Positions 1-7,686 of a stretch of DNA of 35,182 nt are shown one piece after another; within the stretch, counting starts at the first letter, position 1; the number at the start of each line of letters is the position of its first letter. Source of the stretch: Candidatus Hydrogenedentota bacterium (GTDB lineage: Bacteria > Hydrogenedentota > Hydrogenedentia > Hydrogenedentales > SLHB01). A program made the position numbers and the translations under genes. The stretch covers positions 1-35,182 of the forward strand of contig BTWA01000048.1 in the NCBI GenBank assembly GCA_045863295.1. The letters run 5' to 3'. The notes under the pieces are model-generated. The model was not told the DNA's origin, did no database searches, and saw only the letters and a program-made list of their open reading frames with translations.

Positions 1-1246
1 AGACAGGACCTTCCTGTTCCCAGTTTATGTTGGCCTTGCCCATATGCGGCACGGGGCTCAGCACATAGAACGTGCCGCAACCCTCGGGGGCCAGCGAGGG
101 GTCACTGACAGTGGGCGCATGCAGGTAAAGGCTGAAATCGTCAGGGAGCGAAGGTCCGTTGAATATGTCTTTCAACAAGCCCTCGTACCGAGGACCAAAC
201 ACCACCGTGTGATGGGCCAGATCGTAAGGCCTATCGGTGCCAAAGTACAGGACGAACAACGACATCGACCACTGCGATTTCTCAAGTTTGCGACGCATCG
301 ACTGTGCCGCCGGATGATTCTTATAGAGGTGGCCATACGTGTGATACAGGTCCGCGTTGGAAACGACCAGGTCAAACGTTTCGGCGCCGAACTCCGCGCT
401 CGAAACAGAATGGACCACGCCGCGCTTCCCATGGGCGAGTTCGATTTCGGTGACTGGACACGAGAGACGGATCTCACCTCCGAGTTCCTGAAACAGTTTT
501 ACGAATGCCCGGACGAGAGAACCAGTGCCGCCCTTCGGAAAGTATACGCCCCAGTTTCGCTCGAGATAATGAATGAGGGTATAGATGGAACTGGTTTCGA
601 AAGGGTTGCCCCCGACCAACAGGGAGTGAAAGCTGAGCGCCTCACGGATATGTTCATCCTGAATGAATCGCGATACGGCTTTGTACACGGACTGGTCGGC
701 TCGCAGCATCGCGAGGTGCGGGGCAACTTTGACCATATCCGTGAAATTGAGAAAGGGCTTCGCCGCGAGTTCTGTATAGCCCTTATCAAAGACGCGCTTG
801 GTATACGCTACAAATCGGGCGTATCCGGCTGCGTCGGCCGGATTGCGCGCGGAAATCTGCCGGTGCATGCTTTCCGCATTTCCGTCGTAATCAAAAGAGT
901 ACCCGTCATCCCAAAGCAGGCGGTAGAAGGGCGTGACGGGCATGAGGGTTACATAGTCCCTCAAGTTTCTTCCTGCTGCCGCGAATACGTCTTCCAAGCA
1001 GTGTGGTGCGGTGATAACCGTCGGGCCCGCATCAAACGTGAACCCTTGCTCTTCGTACACATAGGCACGTCCACCGGGTTTGTCGCGGGATTCAAAGATC
1101 GTTGTTTGAATACCCGAGGCCTGCATTCGAATTGCCGCGGCAAGTCCACCAAAGCCGCTGCCAATCACGGCGGCCTTGATTCCGGGTGTGTGTCCCCTCA
1201 GAGCACCGCTCCATTGAACTGGGTTTTCGATCAATACTTCAGACAT
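1..1246 (-). CDS. crtI: Phytoene desaturase (partial, 3' end beyond left edge)
   Basis: Not in the ORF track. Manual translation from ATG at 1246 gives MSEVLIEN...KAAVIGSGFGGLAAAIRMQASG...ESRDKPGGRAYVYEEQGFTFDAGPTVITAPH (FAD-binding GxGxxG plus the CrtI GFTFDAGPT motif). The same frame reads PVPHMGKANINW at the edge. It overlaps the crtE stop by 8 bp. Confidence 0.95.
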   Translation of the reverse strand, partial: MSEVLIENPVQWSGALRGHTPGIKAAVIGSGFGGLAAAIRMQASGIQTTIFESRDKPGGRAYVYEEQGFTFDAGPTVITAPHCLEDVFAAAGRNLRDYVTLMPVTPFYRLLWDDGYSFDYDGNAESMHRQISARNPADAAGYARFVAYTKRVFDKGYTELAAKPFLNFTDMVKVAPHLAMLRADQSVYKAVSRFIQDEHIREALSFHSLLVGGNPFETSSIYTLIHYLERNWGVYFPKGGTGSLVRAFVKLFQELGGEIRLSCPVTEIELAHGKRGVVHSVSSAEFGAETFDLVVSNADLYHTYGHLYKNHPAAQSMRRKLEKSQWSMSLFVLYFGTDRPYDLAHHTVVFGPRYEGLLKDIFNGPSLPDDFSLYLHAPTVSDPSLAPEGCGTFYVLSPVPHMGKANINWEQEGPV

Positions 1247-2306
1247 AGCTTGATTCCAATCGTTTGATTTCGTCGTTCAGACTCTGCAACGCGGCAACCG
1301 ATCGAACATGAGGTCGTACATCATTGAATGCGGACTGGAGCAAATTCCGGGGATGCAGGAAGACGTCATCCGGGAGGCTCTTGATGAGGGCATCACGTAG
1401 TTCATGAAACGGTGCGTCGCGTTCGTAGACCGAACGGGCCAAACCGCGCAAACGGGTGTACTCCAGTTGATCCACATGAAGGGCGAGCCACGCCCAAGGC
1501 CACGTAAGTCTCGCCTGAATCAGATCCTCCTGCGCCTTGTCCATGCGGGAGTCGTTCACGAGGCCGCTAAGGTCGTCGTACATTTGGAGAGCAAGTCCCA
1601 AGTCGCCCCCAAAGCGTACGAGTGCCTTCTCACACGAAGTCTGCGCCTTTGCGTGGATTGCGCCGATCGCCGCCGCCAGCTCAAAAAGGGCCCCTGATTT
1701 CAGACGCGTCGAAGTCTCCACCATGGATGCGACATGGAGCTGATCCCACTCGAAGACCCGAATCGCGAGATCCAACGCTTGGCCGTGGTGGCAGCGCGAG
1801 AGTGTCTGCGCAATCCAGCGATGAATACGAAGTTCCACTTCCGGATCAAGTTCCATGCCGGCCAAGATGGTCTGGGGCCAGAAGTAGAGCCAGTTGCCCG
1901 CATTGAGCGCTTTGGGCATGCCGCAAAGGTGATGCAATGCTGGCGCGCCACGTCGCATCTGCGCACTGTCTTCAATGTCGTCCACGATTAGGGATCCTGC
2001 ATGGAGCAGTTCCACGAAAAGTGGGATCTGGGCAGGCAAGTTCCCGTGTCCCCCCGCCAGTTTCCAACAAAGGGAGACAAAGTTGGCCCGGAAGGACTTG
2101 CCGCTCCGGCCAAGGAAGTCTTCCAGGGGCCGGTACAATGCCTCGTGCCATGCCTCCCAGGGCGCACCCCCGTTTTCGATGCCCAAGTGGTGGGGGAGCC
2201 GATCGATGTGACCTGACAACATTGACAATAGAGGCGACACCGATTGTTCAGTACCAAAGACCCCCCGGTTGAGGGACATCGCCATAGGGACACTTGCTTG
2301 ACTCAT
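1239..2306 (-). CDS. crtE: Polyprenyl (geranylgeranyl) diphosphate synthase
   Basis: GKSFR, ELLHAGSLIVDDIED..RRG (first Asp-rich motif), GQALD and QMYDD (second Asp-rich motif). Lies inside the crt operon with a 4-bp ATGA overlap with crtY. Confidence 0.88.
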   Translation of the reverse strand: MSQASVPMAMSLNRGVFGTEQSVSPLLSMLSGHIDRLPHHLGIENGGAPWEAWHEALYRPLEDFLGRSGKSFRANFVSLCWKLAGGHGNLPAQIPLFVELLHAGSLIVDDIEDSAQMRRGAPALHHLCGMPKALNAGNWLYFWPQTILAGMELDPEVELRIHRWIAQTLSRCHHGQALDLAIRVFEWDQLHVASMVETSTRLKSGALFELAAAIGAIHAKAQTSCEKALVRFGGDLGLALQMYDDLSGLVNDSRMDKAQEDLIQARLTWPWAWLALHVDQLEYTRLRGLARSVYERDAPFHELRDALIKSLPDDVFLHPRNLLQSAFNDVRPHVRSVAALQSLNDEIKRLESSYV

Positions 2307-3508
2307 AGGCCCATTCCTTTGCTGAATGCCAATTTCATTGACATGCCTCGCGGAGGTTTTCCGATAAAGATGCGCAGACAGTCGCTTCGGGTGAGAGTCA
2401 TTGCGTAAAACCGGAGAATCGTTTCTTCCGGCAGTCTGTAGAATCGTTCGAGCACATTGCGTCGCTGATCCGGGGCGAACGTGCCAAATAGAAACTGGTT
2501 AAGCCAAACGAAATACCTGAACTGCTTGCGGTGGGCCGCAAGTTGTGCCTGCCACTCGAGCCCGAAAGTCTCCGATGCTGGGTTGCGCGCTAGAAAATCG
2601 GCCAGTCGCGTCGCGGGTGGCAATGAATATCCGGTGGTCGGGTGAAACCAACCACCGGCATACCCACCGCTCAAAGGGGACGAGGGCGGTGGCATAGTCC
2701 CGACAGCACCGGGAAGTGGCAAGGAGCCCATCTCAGTGCTTTCAATTTGGTCGATATCGTATCCACGTAAGCGGGCATAGGTTAGAATGCTCGCAGTGAC
2801 AGCGTCTTCATTCAGGTCGGGATTGTCGGAGTAGAACGTTTCCTCGATGAGAATACGATCCGGCTCAAACGGCAGCACATAGAAGAACCGAAACCCATCC
2901 GTTTGGGGCACCAAGGCGTCCATGAGCATCGGGATGGCACGATTGGCAGGCCGCCTCAGGCGCAACCTCAAGCCGAGAAACTTCTGGTAGCCGAGCACCG
3001 TGTTTCCCCGAAAATGTTCAGGACCTCGAGAATCGACGACGACCGAACCGCGAACTCGCAGTCCGTTGCTGAGGACGGCCACGTGACTATCGAGCAGTTC
3101 GGCGGCGGTTTCCAGCCGCACCGATATGTTTGAACGGCTTACCGTCGCGGCCATGACTACGTTGTGCATGTGAGGCGATGAGATGGATCCGTATGGGTGA
3201 TTCAAAAGACGGCTATGACTCGGAAATCGGACTTCATAAGCTGGCCACTTATGCTCGATGAGAGATTGTGCCCATGGAAAATCGGCGGGCTTCATGTCGT
3301 GGGCATGCATGGACCAGGTGTGATTGCCGCCCAACCGGTCGTCCTTCTCGACAAGCAGTACTGTGGCCTTCGGCTGGTAGTGAGCCAGCGCGAGCAGCAC
3401 AAGGCAATTCTGAAGTCCACCCCCGACAAGGAGGTAATCGACTTCCAACTGGCCGTTGGAAATGTCCCGGCCAAACTCGAGCGCCTGTGTCTGCGCGTGT
3501 TGTGCCAT
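2303..3508 (-). CDS. crtY: Lycopene beta-cyclase
   Basis: VGGGL Rossmann start, GGNHTWS, YQKFLG, P-MLMDA-VPQ-DGFRFFYVLP, and FHPTTGYSLP are CrtY-family motifs. Confidence 0.92.
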   Translation of the reverse strand: MAQHAQTQALEFGRDISNGQLEVDYLLVGGGLQNCLVLLALAHYQPKATVLLVEKDDRLGGNHTWSMHAHDMKPADFPWAQSLIEHKWPAYEVRFPSHSRLLNHPYGSISSPHMHNVVMAATVSRSNISVRLETAAELLDSHVAVLSNGLRVRGSVVVDSRGPEHFRGNTVLGYQKFLGLRLRLRRPANRAIPMLMDALVPQTDGFRFFYVLPFEPDRILIEETFYSDNPDLNEDAVTASILTYARLRGYDIDQIESTEMGSLPLPGAVGTMPPPSSPLSGGYAGGWFHPTTGYSLPPATRLADFLARNPASETFGLEWQAQLAAHRKQFRYFVWLNQFLFGTFAPDQRRNVLERFYRLPEETILRFYAMTLTRSDCLRIFIGKPPRGMSMKLAFSKGMGL

Positions 3509-3572
3509 GAGATCCCTTGGTATCCCCGTTTCCGACCCGAAACCGAGCCGTGCGCCTTTATTCCGAATAGAC

Positions 3573-3616
3573 TGGTCTTACGAATGTCGCATATTTGTCT
3601 AAGAATTGTCAAACTG
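3573..3616 (-). promoter_or_regulatory. Candidate CarH operator overlapping the crtY promoter -35 (tandem 11-bp direct repeats)
   Basis: The minus strand reads CAGTTTGACAA TTCTTAGACAA ATATGCGACAT TCGTAAGACCA, with GAC(A) at an exact 11-bp period. The first unit contains a perfect TTGACA (3607-3612). Confidence 0.7.
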
Positions 3617-3750
3617 TGAATTCATGCCCACCCTGATTCAATGTCACTTTCAAATGTCGTTCAAAGACATAGAGTTATGGGGTTGTTATTGAGTTTGGGA
3701 TGTGATACAATTAACCGTGCTGTTGTTGTTCCAGCTCGTTTTTAGGGAAA

Positions 3751-3772
3751 TGAATAGACAAAAAGTAGACAA
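3751..3772 (+). promoter_or_regulatory. Candidate CarH autoregulatory operator (2 x 11-bp direct repeats)
   Basis: TGAATAGACAA AAAGTAGACAA lies immediately upstream of the carH ATG and shares the TAGACAA core with the crt-side array. Confidence 0.6.
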
Positions 3773-3777
3773 GTTGA

Positions 3778-4770
3778 ATGGGGCTTGAGAAGATAGCGTC
3801 GAAACAACCGTTGGCCCAATATCCAATACGGGTAGTAGCTCGCCGGACGGGTCTGTCCACCCACGTAATTCGGATCTGGGAACGGCGGTACGCTGCGTTG
3901 GCGCCTCAACGAACTCTGACCAACCGCCGGTTGTATACCGATCAAGATATTGATCGACTTCAGTTGCTACGTCAGGTGTTGGCCCAGGGGCACAGCATTG
4001 GCCAGGTGGCCCGTCGATCGGATCGGGAATTGGCGCAGCTTGTCGCCGACGCATCCGAGATCCGAGCCGAATTCCGTGCCGAAGTCTCGTCGAAGGAACG
4101 GGCAGCAGCCTTTCTCGCCCGGTGCCGGGAGGCGGTTTCAGCCTTGGACCGGGTGCGCCTGGAGCGAGCTTTGGCGGAGGCCAGCGCGTCGCTCAGCATG
4201 CCGGATGTGTTAGAGCTTGTCGTAACTCCTTTAATGGACTGCATCGGAGAGGATTGGCGGCAAGGCGCGGTGCGAGTGGCGAACGAGCATTTGGCCTCAG
4301 CGGCGGTCCGCAGTTTTCTTGCGATGCGTAAGAGCACGTTTCAGCCGGCGTCTTCGGCACCCGCCGTCGTTCTTACAACACCCAATGGCCAGAATCACGA
4401 GATTGGCGCTTTGATGGCGGCCGTGGTTGCGGTGTCGGAAGGATGGCGCGACATATATCTGGGTGCGAATTTGCCGGCCGACGAGATAGCCGGTGCCGTT
4501 TGGGCCGGCAAGGCACGTGCGTTGGCACTTAGCGTGGTGTATCCCGGAGATGATCCGATGCTCACGCAGGAAATGGAGTTACTTCGGACGGTACTGCCCA
4601 AGGGGTTGCCCATCTTAGTGGGGGGGCGCTCGTCCAGTTCCTATGGAAGTCTTTGGAACCGGATTGGCGCGGTACAGGTGACGTCGCTTGAGGATTTTCG
4701 GCTACGCCTGGGTCAGATTCGAGAGCATCACGTCGTCGGCGAAGTCTTGGATCGCGATTCGGCCGAATAA
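3778..4770 (+). CDS. carH: MerR-family cobalamin-dependent photoreceptor/repressor (CarH/LitR type)
   Basis: MerR HTH with RIWERRY, W-x9-EH motif (WRQGAVRVANEH), B12-binding Q-x-H-x-x-G (QNHEIG), YLGANLP, ALS and VGG. Divergent from the crt genes. The exact start is uncertain (TTG at 3811 is possible). Confidence 0.9.
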   Translation: MGLEKIASKQPLAQYPIRVVARRTGLSTHVIRIWERRYAALAPQRTLTNRRLYTDQDIDRLQLLRQVLAQGHSIGQVARRSDRELAQLVADASEIRAEFRAEVSSKERAAAFLARCREAVSALDRVRLERALAEASASLSMPDVLELVVTPLMDCIGEDWRQGAVRVANEHLASAAVRSFLAMRKSTFQPASSAPAVVLTTPNGQNHEIGALMAAVVAVSEGWRDIYLGANLPADEIAGAVWAGKARALALSVVYPGDDPMLTQEMELLRTVLPKGLPILVGGRSSSSYGSLWNRIGAVQVTSLEDFRLRLGQIREHHVVGEVLDRDSAE

Positions 4771-4778
4771 TCCGGCTG

Positions 4779-5687
4779 CTAGTGCGCGCGCTTGTCGTAG
4801 TAGGCGCCGCTGCTTCGGTCTTCGATGGCCTTGTGGCGCAATTGCGACAGCGTTTCAAAAAGAGATTTGGGCGTTGCCACGTCCCTTTGCTCACGGATGG
4901 TGACGCACATAAGCACGTCGAGGTCCCGGTTAAGCGTCTCTTTCCTTTTGGAATCGGGTTTTGCCCCCACATCACTGTAAAGTCGATCGACGTGGGAATC
5001 CCATACTTTGCGCACCCACGCGCAGTACTTTTTCACGTGCTCCGCGGGCATGATAGTAATGAAATGGCCGCCGCCCATGTGGCCGGAGAAGGTGTCATCG
5101 CCCGACAGCTCACGCGCGCACTGGTTCACAATCCGGGCTACGTGGCGAATGGATTTGGCCCGGGCATCGGAACCATACAGTTTGGCGAACTCGCGCATTC
5201 CGAACATTTCACAATGGATGAGCGCAAACGTGTCGTCGCAACTGATACGCCGTTGAATTTCCCGTTTTGTGGTTTCCGCTGCGGGGAGCGTGGTCAGAGG
5301 GTCGGACTGCTTACCGCCGCCATGCATTCGGATCAGCGCGTCGACGCGTTGGACAAGGTTCATCGTATCGTAAGGCTTGGCCACGAAATCGTCGGCGCCC
5401 TGGGCGAGTCCGTGAAAGATTTCCTCTTCTCCACTCATAGCGGACAACAGCAGAATAGGCAATGTGTAGAGTTCTGCGTCGCGGCGCACCCGTCGGCAGA
5501 TCTCGAATCCCGATTGGTGCGGCAGCATGACGTCCAGGATAAGCAGATCGGGGACGACTTGCCGGATGGTTGCGACGACATCGGTGCAGGCTGTATCAAC
5601 GGCACACACGTGACCCGCGCTGGAGAGGAGTCCTTGCAGCGTGCCAGCCATTGCAGCGTCGTCGTCGACAATGAGTATTTTTGACAC
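4779..5687 (-). CDS. Response regulator, REC + degenerate GGDEF domain
   Basis: KILIVDDD...LILDVMLP...FVAKP receiver domain, followed by a DPLTTLP GGDEF lead-in and GHMGGGHF in place of GGDEF. Start moved to GTG at 5687 because the track ORF extends into tRNA-Leu. Confidence 0.85.
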   Translation of the reverse strand: MSKILIVDDDAAMAGTLQGLLSSAGHVCAVDTACTDVVATIRQVVPDLLILDVMLPHQSGFEICRRVRRDAELYTLPILLLSAMSGEEEIFHGLAQGADDFVAKPYDTMNLVQRVDALIRMHGGGKQSDPLTTLPAAETTKREIQRRISCDDTFALIHCEMFGMREFAKLYGSDARAKSIRHVARIVNQCARELSGDDTFSGHMGGGHFITIMPAEHVKKYCAWVRKVWDSHVDRLYSDVGAKPDSKRKETLNRDLDVLMCVTIREQRDVATPKSLFETLSQLRHKAIEDRSSGAYYDKRAH

Positions 5688-5777
5688 CGTAATACTTACG
5701 CCTTTACCCCGATGACAACAGCATACCCCGAGCGGGTAGTACGAAACATCCGGGCCCTGCCGGGGCTCCGGCGAGTA

Positions 5778-5863
5778 TGGTGGGCGAGGAGGGACTCGAA
5801 CCCTCAAGCCCGTAAGGGCAGCGGATTTTAAGTCCGCCGTGTATGCCATTCCACCACTCGCCC
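5778..5863 (-). tRNA. tRNA-Leu(TAA)
   Basis: GGGCGAGTGGTGGAATGGCATACACGGCGGACTTAAAATCCGC...GGTTCGAGTCCCTCCTCGCCCACCA, with anticodon TAA, a long variable arm and encoded CCA. Confidence 0.97.
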
Positions 5864-5913
5864 GAGTGGAGGCCGCCCGAAAACCCCACGACGGGTATTC
5901 GGAAAGCAGGATA

Positions 5914-5988
5914 TGGAGGCGGCACCCGGATTCGAACCGGGGGATAAAGGCTTTGCAGGCCTCTGCCTTACCACTTGGCTATGCCGCC
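5914..5988 (-). tRNA. tRNA-Cys(GCA)
   Basis: GGCGGCATAGCCAAGTGGTAAGGCAGAGGCCTGCAAAGCCTTT...GGTTCGAATCCGGGTGCCGCCTCCA, with anticodon GCA and encoded CCA. Confidence 0.97.
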
Positions 5989-5999
5989 CCGTAGCGAGA

Positions 6000-6029
6000 A
6001 TCTTATCGAATTATTGCTATGACTGTCAA
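6000..6029 (-). promoter_or_regulatory. Sigma70-type promoter of the tRNA-Cys/Leu operon
   Basis: TTGACA (6029-6024), 18-bp spacer, TAAGAT (6005-6000), about 11 bp upstream of tRNA-Cys. Confidence 0.7.
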
Positions 6030-6107
6030 AAGATTGCCCAACGGTGCGGGGTGCACCAGCACGTCAATGACCGTCCTAACTATCGATGTTTCAGTGGTTT
6101 TCGCGTA

Positions 6108-6617
6108 TTACGCCAATTCGGTACGATGGAACACCAACGACGTGCGAACACCCCCACGTAACTCGTGAATGGCGATTTCCACGTCCTTCGTAGTGGTCCG
6201 AATCACGGCGAAACTCGGAGTCTGGTTGCGGTCCGAATTGGATTTCAGGTGCCCGGGATTCAAGTACACCGTCTTTCGATCGAGGCGGATTTCCGCGACG
6301 TGCGTATGCCCGGTAACGGCTATCGCGACTTCGCCGTTCAAGAGTCTCAAGTCCTTGTCAGTATGCGCTACGGCAAACGTGATGCCATCGGCCGCATCCA
6401 CGATACACTTCGGGATCCGAGGATTGTGATATTCGTCGCACCAAAGGCCCGGCACCATCCGTACGGGCAGACCGGTCATGCCGAGTTCTTCGGCATCGGA
6501 GTAGTTGTCTCCAGCGTGAATAATCAGTTCGGTCTTGAATTCGCTGAGCATCCGGTCCGCGGCTTCATGCATCAGTTTTCGGTTACCGTGCGTATCGCTC
6601 ATGACGCCGATGTTCAT
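6108..6617 (-). CDS. YfcE/MJ0936-family metallophosphoesterase
   Basis: IGVMSDTHGN, IIHAGD, TGHTH and YLNPG motifs. Start set at ATG 6617, just after the upstream gene's stop. Confidence 0.85.
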   Translation of the reverse strand: MNIGVMSDTHGNRKLMHEAADRMLSEFKTELIIHAGDNYSDAEELGMTGLPVRMVPGLWCDEYHNPRIPKCIVDAADGITFAVAHTDKDLRLLNGEVAIAVTGHTHVAEIRLDRKTVYLNPGHLKSNSDRNQTPSFAVIRTTTKDVEIAIHELRGGVRTSLVFHRTELA

Positions 6618-6618
6618 G

Positions 6619-7524
6619 TTACCGGGCTTCCCCGGCGTACTGGTCGTACAGGCGGTGTGCCTGTTCCGCCGTAATCTCATTGGCGGACAGAAGGATACGA
6701 AACCGGAACGTCTGCGGAGCCCCTGGTTCCAGGACCGGCTCGAAAAACGATCCGAATCGGGCGTACCGTCGAATGGAATATACGGGCTGACCCGTGGGAT
6801 GATCCGGCGGAGTCATGTGCATGATCCAGTAGCGTGTATTGTTGATGACGGGACTGCATACGACCCACCACGCACCGAACACTTCGTCGTTTTCGCGTTC
6901 CTCCGCGCCTTGCGGGATGAGGTACAGCGTGGTTTCAGGATGTGACGTGACTTCGCTGGCCATGCGGATTTGCATGCCGCCATGGTGCGAATCGCCCTTC
7001 AATTCGATCTTGCCTGCCACGGAGGCAAGTTCGGATTGAAAATCGAAACACCGTATGCCATTTTCGACTTCTTTTGCAGAGATAGTCCGGACTTCGGTGA
7101 GGATGGGCTTGCCCGACTTATCCCGCCAATCAATTTCTTCGGTCTGCGAAGCGGAATCTCCAGCCAGGATGGACTTCCACGCAATGTGGTGTTGCGAAGC
7201 ATCCGGCATTGACCACGTATCGCACTCCACGCCCTCCACGATCGTGTTCCGCCAACCGATGAACATGCCACGATGATGGGTATACTCGCCCCCAGGACCC
7301 TTCGTCAGAGGGCTAATACCGTCGAAGTCGTAGACATGCGTATACACCTTGTAGGTCGCTTCGCGGTCGGCTTCGTCGAGCGGAGTGGTCACGGTACTTA
7401 ACCACGTCTTGCCGCCAATCCGCATATCAGTTTTTTGTTCGAACGTGACGGCAGGCTGGGCCCATGCAAGGTGGGCTGCCCAAGAGGTCAAAAGGAAGCA
7501 CGTCAATCCCGCGCGAATGTGCAT
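6619..7524 (-). CDS. Exported DUF6807/'PmoA-family'-like beta-rich protein, function unknown
   Basis: Sec signal peptide (...AHLAWA-Q) and Y-H-VY...LT...HHRGMFIGW...GG-QIR...RYARFG motifs typical of DUF6807. Confidence 0.6.
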   Translation of the reverse strand: MHIRAGLTCFLLTSWAAHLAWAQPAVTFEQKTDMRIGGKTWLSTVTTPLDEADREATYKVYTHVYDFDGISPLTKGPGGEYTHHRGMFIGWRNTIVEGVECDTWSMPDASQHHIAWKSILAGDSASQTEEIDWRDKSGKPILTEVRTISAKEVENGIRCFDFQSELASVAGKIELKGDSHHGGMQIRMASEVTSHPETTLYLIPQGAEERENDEVFGAWWVVCSPVINNTRYWIMHMTPPDHPTGQPVYSIRRYARFGSFFEPVLEPGAPQTFRFRILLSANEITAEQAHRLYDQYAGEAR

Positions 7525-7614
7525 GGCAGGTCTCCCAGGTTCAAGTGGATAGGGTCAGTATAAAGACTTGGCCAGCCTTGCTCCAACACGGCAGCGAGCC
7601 AAAAGCCTGAAATA

Positions 7615-7643
7615 TTGACGGAGCACGCTTTCCACAGTAGTCT
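7615..7643 (+). promoter_or_regulatory. Sigma70-type promoter of hflKC
   Basis: TTGACG (7615-7620), 17-bp spacer, TAGTCT (7638-7643). Confidence 0.55.
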
Positions 7644-7686
7644 GAAGTTCGTGTGGCGCAGGCGTACTATGCGAGGGTCTTTATTT

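Noticed and set aside
44..1267. 407-aa plus-strand ORF
   Set aside because: It is the antisense shadow of crtI and has no recognisable motifs. The minus frame encodes a clear phytoene desaturase.
4782..5684. 300-aa plus-strand ORF, and similar long antisense ORFs (e.g. 7681-8490, 12009-12713, 15834-16607, 25767-26462, 27413-28060)
   Set aside because: They are shadows of well-supported genes on the opposite strand, as expected in GC-rich DNA.
5688..5849. N-terminal extension of the response regulator ORF in the track
   Set aside because: It overlaps tRNA-Leu, and the receiver domain begins at GTG 5687.
1..5863. crt/carH region as a genomic island integrated at tRNA-Leu
   Set aside because: I found no integrase and no duplicated tRNA 3' end in the window. 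A distal att site beyond the edge cannot be excluded.
5854..5869. CCACTCG-cc-CGAGTGG inverted repeat pairing the tRNA-Leu leader with its 5' end
   Set aside because: It is short with a 2-nt loop and could arise by chance in GC-rich sequence.
6619..7524. Methane monooxygenase subunit
   Set aside because: It is a soluble exported protein with no TM bundle and no pmoCAB context. The family name is misleading.
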